Below the pieces are notes generated by a model. The model was not told the origin of the DNA. It did not search any database and saw nothing but the letters and a program-made list of their open reading frames with translations. From positions 602,794 to 666,793 of the forward strand of contig CAVUKC010000001.1 of NCBI GenBank assembly GCA_963741965.1: 64,000 nt of DNA, written 5' to 3'. Shown here in pieces: positions 36,122 through 44,215 of the stretch. The translations under genes and the position numbers were made by a program. The stretch comes from an uncultured Chloroflexia bacterium (GTDB lineage: Bacteria > Chloroflexota > Chloroflexia > Thermomicrobiales > UBA6265). The stretch's first letter is position 1, and the number at the start of each line of letters is the position of its first letter.

Positions 36122-38014
36122 TCAGGCGTGGGCGCGTAGCGTCCAGCTGCCTTCCGCGGCCGGCTTCCGCAGGGTGAGCAACACCCGCGTGACGAAGTCG
36201 CCCCAGACCGGTGTCATCCGGCGGTCATCGATGTCGATGCGCTCGGTTTCGACGTCCCATCGGTCGGCGTCGTAATCGACGAGCAGGTCGCGCTTCGGGC
36301 CGGCGAGCCGGAGCTGTCCCGCGATGGACGTATCGACGTCGCTTGCCGCCATGAGGGTGAGCACGATGCTGTCGGGCTTGTGGCCAAGCTTCCAGGTGTC
36401 CTCCAGCAGGACAGCGGCATCCGTCCCGCGCTCGAGGCGGACGGTGCGGTCCCATCGTTCGATGCCTGCGGCGGCGTCCCATGCGCCCGCGATGTCGAGC
36501 CGGAGCTCGGCGCGATCGTCTGCCAGGTCGGCCCGCACGTCCCGCGCCTGGTACTCCGAGCCGGGTGACTGCTGGTGCCCATCGACCGTCGGCAGGTTGT
36601 GGTACGCGCTCTGCATCGTCCAGATCTCGTATCGCTGCGAGCTGAAGGTCTTCCTCGTGTACTCCTCGACGCCCGCATCGATCAGGACTGGCTGGCCGTC
36701 GAGCCCGACGATGAAGCTGCCGATGTCGTTGTGGTTGTGGCTCTCGCCGTTGTTGCCACCCTTGGCCGCAACGAAGAGTCCGTCCGATGTCCCCTCGGTT
36801 TCGCGCGCGGTGAGCACCTGGATGCCATCCAGCCAGCTCTGCCGGATCAGCGGGTATGGCGGAATCGGGTCTGGCTGCGGCACCGGCCGGAAGTACGTGT
36901 TGAGGAAGCGGTTGAACGACCGGAACTCGGCGTTCTCCGGCGTCACGTCCGCCTGCGACGCGATCGCGTGTTGCATGAGCCTGTCGTCCCCGATCTTCTC
37001 GCCGAAGTGGTAGACGATGTTCGGGTCCGGGATGGTCTTCGCGGTGCCGTCGGCGAAGTTGACGTACCAGTCGCCGCCGATGTGGGCGCGCAGGACGTAG
37101 CGCGCCATCTCCTGGATGAGCGACTCATCCCAGATGGCGATTGCGCCGTTCGAGGCGGTATCGAGCACATGGAGGCACTCGTAAACGCTCGCACCGGCGC
37201 GACCCCAGTAGGAGATCCCCTCGTCGCAGCCGCCGTCGCTGTGGTAGCCGCCGAGGAACTCGTCGAGACCGCGCAGGGCACGGTGGATCGCCTGGGCGCG
37301 TTGCTCGACGTCGTCCTCGATCAGCATCTCGAGCGCGAGCAGGTTGCTGATGATCCAGGGGTTCCAGTTGTTCGGCGGACCCTTGTGTCCTTCGTCGCGG
37401 ACGAACCCGAGCCACCACCACTCGTCGCGCTCCATGAACGGATCCAGCAGGCGGGTCCGGATCTCGTGGCGCATGCGAGCCGTGACGATGGGATCGACCC
37501 CGTCCAGCTTCTCGCCGACGAGGTAGTGGGTGTAGCCGATCACGGCGCCGGTTTCGGCTGAGAAGAGGGCGACGACAGGGTTGGTGACGTCCGGCAGCGG
37601 GTGGTTGCGATCCCACGACGACCGGGTGAAATAGCGGTTGTGGGCGGGGACGTCCCAGAAGCTCTCCTCGCAGATCGCCCAGACGCCATTGACGATATCG
37701 TCGACGAAGCGGCCCTGGTTTTCGACGCACTCGGCGGCGACGAGGCGGATGAGCATCTTGCGGCGGTCGTAGGACGCTGCCTGGTAGCGCGAGCGGTTGC
37801 CGTCGCGCTGGAACTCCATGAAGAGTGTTGCCTTGAGCTCGGGCCACGACGTGCCGAGCAGCGGCTCGGCGTCCGCGACGAGCGCCCGCCTCTGCTCCTC
37901 GGGCAGTCCGTCCCATGCTTGCCGGTCGGAGATCGCGGGGTAGGGCCGCCACTCCCCGGGCGGTACGAGATCGCGACGAATCTGGTCGATCGGGAATCGT
38001 TCTGCGAGCTTCAT
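36122..38014 (-). CDS. heparinase II/III-like family protein (polysaccharide-lyase fold), no signal peptide
   Basis: 630 aa from ATG 38014 (RBS GGGAG 5 nt upstream). The alternative ATG at 38095 lies inside operator site C and has no RBS. Typical N-terminal toroid pattern 'GNRSRYQAASYDRRKML...VWAICEESFWDVPAHN' and C-terminal 'GNNGESHNHNDIGSFIV'. Confidence 0.75.
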   Translation of the reverse strand: MKLAERFPIDQIRRDLVPPGEWRPYPAISDRQAWDGLPEEQRRALVADAEPLLGTSWPELKATLFMEFQRDGNRSRYQAASYDRRKMLIRLVAAECVENQGRFVDDIVNGVWAICEESFWDVPAHNRYFTRSSWDRNHPLPDVTNPVVALFSAETGAVIGYTHYLVGEKLDGVDPIVTARMRHEIRTRLLDPFMERDEWWWLGFVRDEGHKGPPNNWNPWIISNLLALEMLIEDDVEQRAQAIHRALRGLDEFLGGYHSDGGCDEGISYWGRAGASVYECLHVLDTASNGAIAIWDESLIQEMARYVLRAHIGGDWYVNFADGTAKTIPDPNIVYHFGEKIGDDRLMQHAIASQADVTPENAEFRSFNRFLNTYFRPVPQPDPIPPYPLIRQSWLDGIQVLTARETEGTSDGLFVAAKGGNNGESHNHNDIGSFIVGLDGQPVLIDAGVEEYTRKTFSSQRYEIWTMQSAYHNLPTVDGHQQSPGSEYQARDVRADLADDRAELRLDIAGAWDAAAGIERWDRTVRLERGTDAAVLLEDTWKLGHKPDSIVLTLMAASDVDTSIAGQLRLAGPKRDLLVDYDADRWDVETERIDIDDRRMTPVWGDFVTRVLLTLRKPAAEGSWTLRAHA

Positions 38015-38085
38015 GTGCACTCCCGCGCGTCGCGCGACCCGGTCCGGGCGCGCCGTGATCCGTAATGACTCCTTGGGCTCGGGAT

Positions 38086-38104
38086 CGTACATCATATATT
38101 TTCG
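38086..38104. promoter_or_regulatory. AT-rich operator candidate, site C (half-site)
   Basis: 'CGTACATCATATATTTTCG' contains the core ATCATATAT. It lies ~75 nt upstream of the heparinase-like ATG at 38014. Confidence 0.45.
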
Positions 38105-38182
38105 GCTGTAAATGCCGTCCTCGGTCTTGATTCGGATTCGATCGCGGCGTGTGCGCTTTGCATCAGCACCGCGTCGACACTC

Positions 38183-40070
38183 CTATACGGGTGGAATGCG
38201 CAGTGTCCGGCCGCGCCAGGCGATCTCGACGCGGCCATCCTCTCCCCATGTCACCGACGGTTGGTCGTTCAGTCGGTCGTGCAGCGAGCGTTCGCGCACC
38301 TGGCGGGATGTGCCGAGGAAGACCGTTGAAAGCGCGACGTCACCGGGCCGCAGCTCCCCGGTGAGATAGGGGATCACATTGCTGCTATGCACCACGTTGC
38401 CGGCCCCGCCGTCGGCGAAGGAGCGTGGCAGGTGCGGTCTCCTGATCGTGTCCCAGGAGCGCATAGCCACGGCATGCTCGTTCGAGGTGCCACCGCTGAT
38501 GCGCGTTTCCGGGTCGCACACCAGCTGCGGCGTGTCGCCATGGTCGAAGCCGAGCGCGGCCGCGCCCTCCAGCGTCGTGAGCGGACCGTTGGCGCTGCTT
38601 TCCACGAGGCGATGCACGCGCAGGTGAAGGTCGCCATCAGGCACCACGATGGTGTCGAACAGCGCCTGGGTGCCCGCGACCTCGTGACGGTGCCGATAGC
38701 GGATCCAGCCGTCGTCGTGAATGACAGCCGACTCGTTACCAGTCCGGTGGGAGACGTAGCCGTCGATGTGGATTGCGATCATCGCGTCCGGCGTCGGCGC
38801 GCCATCGCCGAGTCCAGCGTTGTACGGTGCCGCGGTGGAGTAGGCGAGCTTGGCGTACTTCGCGTGGGTGTGCGCGGTGTGCATCGTGAAGCGGTGGATC
38901 TCGCCGGACTCATGGGTGCCGCTCAGGATCCAGCCCGGCTGGGTGAAGACCTTGTGCACGTCGCCTTGGTCGATCGGCAAAGGCTCGGGCTCGCAGGTCC
39001 AGAATGGATCATCGTCGCGGAGACGCCACAGCCCGCCGAACGCCTGCATCGCCCAGTACGGCGCGCCGGTGGAGATGTACGTCTCCCGGATCGCCTCGCT
39101 TCCGGTGGACGTGAGCGCCTGTCGCAGCGAGCCGTCCGCGCGCACCGCGCCATGGCGCAGGTACCAGCCGATATGGCGCTCGACGATGGTGCGGAGCAAT
39201 CCCGGTGAGTGCGGCCAGGCGCCGTGACGGTAGGCCCAGAGCAGTGCGCCGAGACGGGCGAACTTGTACGCGCCGCTGCGTCCGTATTCCGGCCAGGCGC
39301 CGTCTGCCGCGAAGAAGAGCGGCACGTGCCGCATCTGCGCGCGCACCCGCTCCAGCAGCTCTGCGGCGCGGCGTGCGTTCCGGCCGCCATCGATATCGAT
39401 CCAGGCGAGCACGTGCGATGAGAAGACCCACAGGTTGTAGTCGTCGAAGTGGTTGGTGCCGATCGCCGCGCCGTCGTCGTACCAGCCGTCGCCGCAGTAG
39501 ACACCGTCGAGGTAGCGTCCCATCACGTCGTCGACGATGTCCTGGTCGAACGGGAGCTCGAGCGCCTGCCGCGCGGCGTGGTTGACGGCCCAGAACAGCG
39601 CCCAGTTGTTGCGCCAGCGCTGCTCCGGCGGCTGGCCACAGGCGATCAGCCAGTCGGCGATCTGCCGTCGTTCAGCCGGCTCGAGGGTATTCCAGATACG
39701 ATCTCGGGTCAGCCAGAGCGCATAGGCGACCTGGCCGGATTCGACGGTCGGCTGGGCGAGGCCGGTGCTCACCGGGTCGCCCCAGTAGGCGGGCCGTGCG
39801 GGCGGTGCCGGCAAGGAGCGCCCGCCGCGTGAGCGCCTCGAGGTCGTAGCCGCGGCCTCGCCAGGCGAGCGTGCCCGGACGCTCGGGATCCGAGAGCCAG
39901 CCGCCAAGCCCCCACATCATGCGCGTGGTGCCTTCGTAGGAGCCATTCGGCTCGGCGTGGTTGCGAATGCCGTCGATGAGCAGGTTGGCGCCGGCGGCGT
40001 CGAGGTGGTTCGCCCAGCCGGCGACGAGCATCGACCAGGTGTCGGTCATGCTGCGCTGAAAATCGGTCAC
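38183..40070 (-). pseudogene. DUF2264 family protein, interrupted by a +1 frame change near 39790-39805
   Basis: ORF 39672..40070 encodes the N-terminus ('SYEGTTRMMWGLGGWL...LTRRALLAGTA'). ORF 38183..39907 continues in the +1 frame ('PAYWGDPVSTGLAQPTVESGQVAYALW...'). The total span is 1888 nt (3n+1). The family call is from memory of the DUF2264 pattern (EGFAR..WG ... hPeYWG ... Q..VE). Confidence 0.6.
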
Positions 40071-40100
40071 GAGAAGCTCCCGGCGAAGAGTGGCTCGAAG

Positions 40101-40123
40101 AATCTATATCATATATGATAGTC
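40101..40123. promoter_or_regulatory. AT-rich palindromic operator candidate, site D (divergent control region)
   Basis: 'AATCTATATCATATATGATAGTC' with a perfect 14-bp palindrome TATCATATATGATA at 40107-40120. It lies 37 nt from the DUF2264 ATG (40070) and 61 nt from the GntR GTG (40181). Confidence 0.65.
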
Positions 40124-40180
40124 TCGTGGATTGCCGACGGGCGCGTTGAGTCGACCCCGATTACAAGAGGACACACCGCC

Positions 40181-40855
40181 GTGTTGCACCTGGATCAGCC
40201 GAAGGGGCAGGCGTACCGTACCAAGACCGAGCTGGTCCATGCCACGTTGCGCTCCGCGATCATGCGCTGCGAGCTCCAGCCAGGCGCTCGCCTGATCATC
40301 GACGACATTTCGGAGTCGCTCGGTGTCAGCCACATCCCCGTGCGCGAGGCGCTGAACAAGCTGCAGTCCGAGGGGCTCGTCTCGGTGATTCCGCACAGCG
40401 GCGCCACCGTTGCGCCGGTCTCGCCGGGAGATGTCGCGGAGATCTTCTCGATCATGGAAGGACTGGAGATCGTCGCCACGCGGCTTGCCGCGGAGCGGGC
40501 GTCAGAGGAGGACCTCGCCGCGCTGGCGGCGTTGCTCGATCCCATGGACAGGGCTGTGGCCGAGCAGGAGCTGGAAACCTGGGCGGAGCTCAACATCGAG
40601 TTCCACCGCGCGATATCCGCGATCACCGGCATGCCCATGCTGGGCGAGATGATGAACCGGGTGCTCGATCGCTGGGACCGCGTGCGCCGCTATGTGCGCG
40701 TGCTGCCCACCCGCATGGCGGAGGCACAGCAACAGCACCACGACATCGTGCGGGCGCTGCAGCGCCACGATGTCGCCACCGCCCAGGCGCTGGCGACCTT
40801 GCACAATCGCGGGGCGCTGGGAGCGTACCAGTCGCGCCTCGACGCTGACGAGTAG
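40181..40855 (+). CDS. GntR family transcriptional regulator (FadR-like, FCD-type C-terminal domain)
   Basis: Winged HTH 'ISESLGVSHIPVREALNKLQSEGLV' with an all-helical C-terminal domain. GTG 40181 is preceded by AAGAGGA. The tracked ATG at 40115 lies inside the palindrome and lacks an RBS. Confidence 0.85.
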   Translation: MLHLDQPKGQAYRTKTELVHATLRSAIMRCELQPGARLIIDDISESLGVSHIPVREALNKLQSEGLVSVIPHSGATVAPVSPGDVAEIFSIMEGLEIVATRLAAERASEEDLAALAALLDPMDRAVAEQELETWAELNIEFHRAISAITGMPMLGEMMNRVLDRWDRVRRYVRVLPTRMAEAQQQHHDIVRALQRHDVATAQALATLHNRGALGAYQSRLDADE

Positions 40856-40916
40856 GGGACATCGACGAGCCTGGGGCGAGCATCCCGGGGGCAGCATGAG
40901 TGGAGGGCGAGAGGAT

Positions 40917-42080
40917 ATGGCGGAGCATCGCGTAGGCATCATCATGAACGGCGTGACTGGGCGCATGGGCACGAACCAGCACCTCGTGCGGTCCATCCTC
41001 GCCATCCGCGAGCAGGGTGGAGTGAAGGTCGACGACCACACCAGCATCATGCCGGATCCAATCCTGGTCGGACGCAACGAGGACAAGCTGCGGAAGCTGG
41101 CCTCAGCGCACGGTGTCGAGCGCTGGACCACGGATCTGGACGCCGCGCTGGCGAACCCGGACGACATCCTCTACTTCGACTCCCAGCAGACGCTGCGACG
41201 AGCCGACAGCATCAAGCGCGCCATTGCCGCCGGCAAGCACATCTACTGCGAGAAGCCGACAGCAACGAGCACCGAGACCGCGCTGGAGCTTGCCAGGATC
41301 GCGCGCGACGCCGGGGTGAAGAATGGCGTGGTGCAGGACAAGCTCTTCCTGCCGGGGCTGATGAAGCTCAAGCGGCTGATCGACGGCGGCTTCTTCGGCC
41401 GCATCCTCTCCGTGCGCGGCGAGTTCGGCTACTGGGTGTTCGAGGGCGACTGGCAGCCGGCGCAGCGGCCGAGCTGGAACTACCGCAAGGAAGACGGCGG
41501 CGGCATCATGGTCGACATGCTCTGCCACTGGCGCTATGTCCTCGACAACACGTTCGGGCCGGTCAAGTCGGTCAGCACGCTCGGCGCGATCCACATCCCC
41601 GAGCGGGTGGATGAGAACGGCCAACCCTATGCCGCCACGGCCGACGACGCCGCGTACTCCAACTTCATCGTCGGCGACGACATCATCGTCAACATCAACT
41701 CGTCGTGGGCGACGCGCGTCTATCGCGATGAGCTCTTCGTGCTCCAGGTGGACGGGACCGAGGGCAGCGCGATAGCCGGTCTGCGGGAGTGCAAGGTCCA
41801 GCACCGTGCCGTCACGCCGAAACCGGTCTGGAACCCGGACGTGCCGAACCCGTTCAATTTCTACGACGACTGGCAGGACGTGCCCGACAACCAGGTGTTC
41901 GAGAACGCGTTCAAGGTGCAGTGGGAGATGTTCCTCCGCCACATCGTCTGCGATGACCCGCACCCGTTCGACCTGCTCGCGGGCGCGAAGGGCATCCAGC
42001 TCGCCGAGCTTGGGCTGAGGTCGTGGGAAGAGCGGCGCTGGCTCGACGTGCCGGATCTCACCGCCCAGCTGGAAGGATAG
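40917..42080 (+). CDS. Gfo/Idh/MocA family oxidoreductase
   Basis: 387 aa from ATG 40917. 'RVGIIMNGVTGRMG' Rossmann motif and 'GKHIYCEKPTA' motif. Confidence 0.85.
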   Translation: MAEHRVGIIMNGVTGRMGTNQHLVRSILAIREQGGVKVDDHTSIMPDPILVGRNEDKLRKLASAHGVERWTTDLDAALANPDDILYFDSQQTLRRADSIKRAIAAGKHIYCEKPTATSTETALELARIARDAGVKNGVVQDKLFLPGLMKLKRLIDGGFFGRILSVRGEFGYWVFEGDWQPAQRPSWNYRKEDGGGIMVDMLCHWRYVLDNTFGPVKSVSTLGAIHIPERVDENGQPYAATADDAAYSNFIVGDDIIVNINSSWATRVYRDELFVLQVDGTEGSAIAGLRECKVQHRAVTPKPVWNPDVPNPFNFYDDWQDVPDNQVFENAFKVQWEMFLRHIVCDDPHPFDLLAGAKGIQLAELGLRSWEERRWLDVPDLTAQLEG

Positions 42081-42085
42081 GCACC

Positions 42086-43261
42086 ATGGCGATCACCGGC
42101 ACCTCCCTCCGCCTCCCGACCGCATCGGGAGCCGTGGAGACCTACCAGCCGCGTCCGGGCGCCGATCCTGGTGTCGGGTTCAGCGAGCCGCGCACTCGCG
42201 TTGCGTTTGCCGCCTGCCACGTCGTGCCGGATGCGATGGCCGACATCAACCCGACACTTGATGTCGCGCTCGACTGGGACGCGACGATGGCCTACCGACG
42301 CTACCTCTGGTCGCTCGGGCTCGGCGTCGCTGAGGCGATGGACACCGCGCAGCGCGGCATGGGGCTCGACTGGGAGACATCGAAGGAGCTGATCCGCCGC
42401 TCGGTCGAGGAGTCGAAGGCCACCGGCGGTCGGCTCGCCTCTGGCGCCGGCACCGATCACCTCGCGCCGTCACCGGAGCTTTCCGTCGACGACGTGATCG
42501 CGGCGTACGAGGAGCAATGCGGCTACGTCGAGGGCGTCGGCGGGCGCATCATCCTCATGGCCAGCCGGGCACTGGCGGCATGCGCGAAGGGGCCCGAGGA
42601 CTACGCAACTGTCTACGGTCGCATCCTCTCGCAGGTCAGGGAGCCGGTGATCATTCACTGGCTCGGCGACATGTTCGACCCCGCGCTTGCGGGCTACTGG
42701 GGAAGCGACGAGATCGACGCGGCGATGGACACGGCCGTCGCGATCATCACAGAGCACGCCGACAAGGTCGACGGCGTCAAGGTCTCGCTGCTGGACGCCC
42801 AGCGGGAGATCGACATGCGCCGCCGCCTGCCCGAGGGCGTGCGGATGTACACCGGCGACGATTTCAACTACCCATCGCTGATCCGGGGCGACGAGCAGGG
42901 CCACTCCGACGCGCTGCTCGGCATCTTCGACGCGATCGCACCGGTCGCGGGAGCCGCCTTCGCCGCGCTCGATGCCGGTGACCTGGACCGCTACGACGAG
43001 CTGTTCGCGCCGACGGTGCCGCTCTCTCGCCACATCTTCTCGGCGCCGACGCGGTTCTACAAGACCGGCGTGGTATTCCTCGCATGGCTCAACGGGCACC
43101 AGGACCACTTCCGCATGGTGAACGGGCAGGAGAGCTGCCGTTCCGTGGTGCATCTCGCGCAGCTCTTCCGGCTCGCCGACGAGGCGCGGCTGTTCACGGA
43201 CACCGATCGAGTGACGGCGCGGATGCGGGCGTTTCTCGAAGTGGCGGGGGTGCCGCAATGA
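42086..43261 (+). CDS. DUF993 family protein (uncharacterised)
   Basis: 391 aa from ATG 42086 (RBS GGAAGGA), starting 5 nt after the previous stop. The family call is from memory of DUF993 proteins that accompany Gfo/Idh/MocA and TIM-barrel isomerase genes. Confidence 0.6.
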   Translation: MAITGTSLRLPTASGAVETYQPRPGADPGVGFSEPRTRVAFAACHVVPDAMADINPTLDVALDWDATMAYRRYLWSLGLGVAEAMDTAQRGMGLDWETSKELIRRSVEESKATGGRLASGAGTDHLAPSPELSVDDVIAAYEEQCGYVEGVGGRIILMASRALAACAKGPEDYATVYGRILSQVREPVIIHWLGDMFDPALAGYWGSDEIDAAMDTAVAIITEHADKVDGVKVSLLDAQREIDMRRRLPEGVRMYTGDDFNYPSLIRGDEQGHSDALLGIFDAIAPVAGAAFAALDAGDLDRYDELFAPTVPLSRHIFSAPTRFYKTGVVFLAWLNGHQDHFRMVNGQESCRSVVHLAQLFRLADEARLFTDTDRVTARMRAFLEVAGVPQ

Positions 43262-44079
43262 CCGAGGGCGATTTCTCCCGGCTCAGCTTCAACCAGAAGA
43301 CGCTCGACCAGTGGGACATGCGGCAGGCGATCGAGGGCTGTGCGCGCCATGAGATCCCGTGGATCGCGCCGTGGCGCGACAAGATCGCGGAGATCGGTCT
43401 GGACGAGACCGCAAAGCTGATCCGCGACGCCGGACTCAAGGTGTCGAGCCTCTGCCGGGGCGGGTTCTTTCCCGCGCCGACCACCGAGGAGCAAAAGGCG
43501 GCGATCGAGGACAACCGCTGCGCGATTCACGAGGCCGCCACACTCGGCACGGACGTGCTGGTGATGGTCAACGGCGGCATGAACGGCTGCCGCATCCAGG
43601 ACGCGCGAGACATGGTGCGCGACGGCATCGAGGCGATCCTGCCGTACGCCGAGGAGCGCGGTGTGAAGATCGGCATCGAGCCGCTGCATCCGGCGTTCGC
43701 GGCGGACCGCGCCGTGACCGCCTCCCTGGAGGAGGCGAACGACCTCGCCGAGCACTTCGGCTCGCCGTGGGTCGGGGTCGTGATCGACATCTACCACGTC
43801 TGGTGGGACGCGCACGTTCACCGGGAGATCAAGCGGGCGGCACCGTATACCCTGGGGTTCCACGTCAACGACTGGCTGGTGCCGAACACGAACGTGCTGG
43901 TCGGCCGCGGCATGATGGGCGACGGCGTCGTCGACAATCGCGAGCTGCGCGAGTGGGTCGATGCCGAGGGCTACAACGGGCCGATCGAGGTGGAGATCTT
44001 CAACGAGGAGATCTGGCAGCGCGACGGTGATGAGGTGCTTGAGGAGATGAAGGCGCGGTACGTCTCGCACGTCTTGTAG
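43258..44079 (+). CDS. sugar phosphate isomerase/epimerase (xylose-isomerase-like TIM barrel)
   Basis: 273 aa. The ATG overlaps the DUF993 stop (ATGA). 'GTDVLVMVNGG', 'IGIEPLHP' and 'GFHVNDW' are typical of AP-endonuclease-2/xylose-isomerase-like TIM barrels. Confidence 0.8.
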   Translation: MTEGDFSRLSFNQKTLDQWDMRQAIEGCARHEIPWIAPWRDKIAEIGLDETAKLIRDAGLKVSSLCRGGFFPAPTTEEQKAAIEDNRCAIHEAATLGTDVLVMVNGGMNGCRIQDARDMVRDGIEAILPYAEERGVKIGIEPLHPAFAADRAVTASLEEANDLAEHFGSPWVGVVIDIYHVWWDAHVHREIKRAAPYTLGFHVNDWLVPNTNVLVGRGMMGDGVVDNRELREWVDAEGYNGPIEVEIFNEEIWQRDGDEVLEEMKARYVSHVL

Positions 44080-44215
44080 TAGCAAAGTAGACCCGGGCCG
44101 CGGTGCCCGGGTTCGCACAAGACGACCAGCTGTGCTGAGGCCACTCATCTGCCGATAGATGCCCGCCCACGGTGGGGCGGGCCCGCCAGGGCAACAGCCG
44201 AGACGGGGCCATGGC

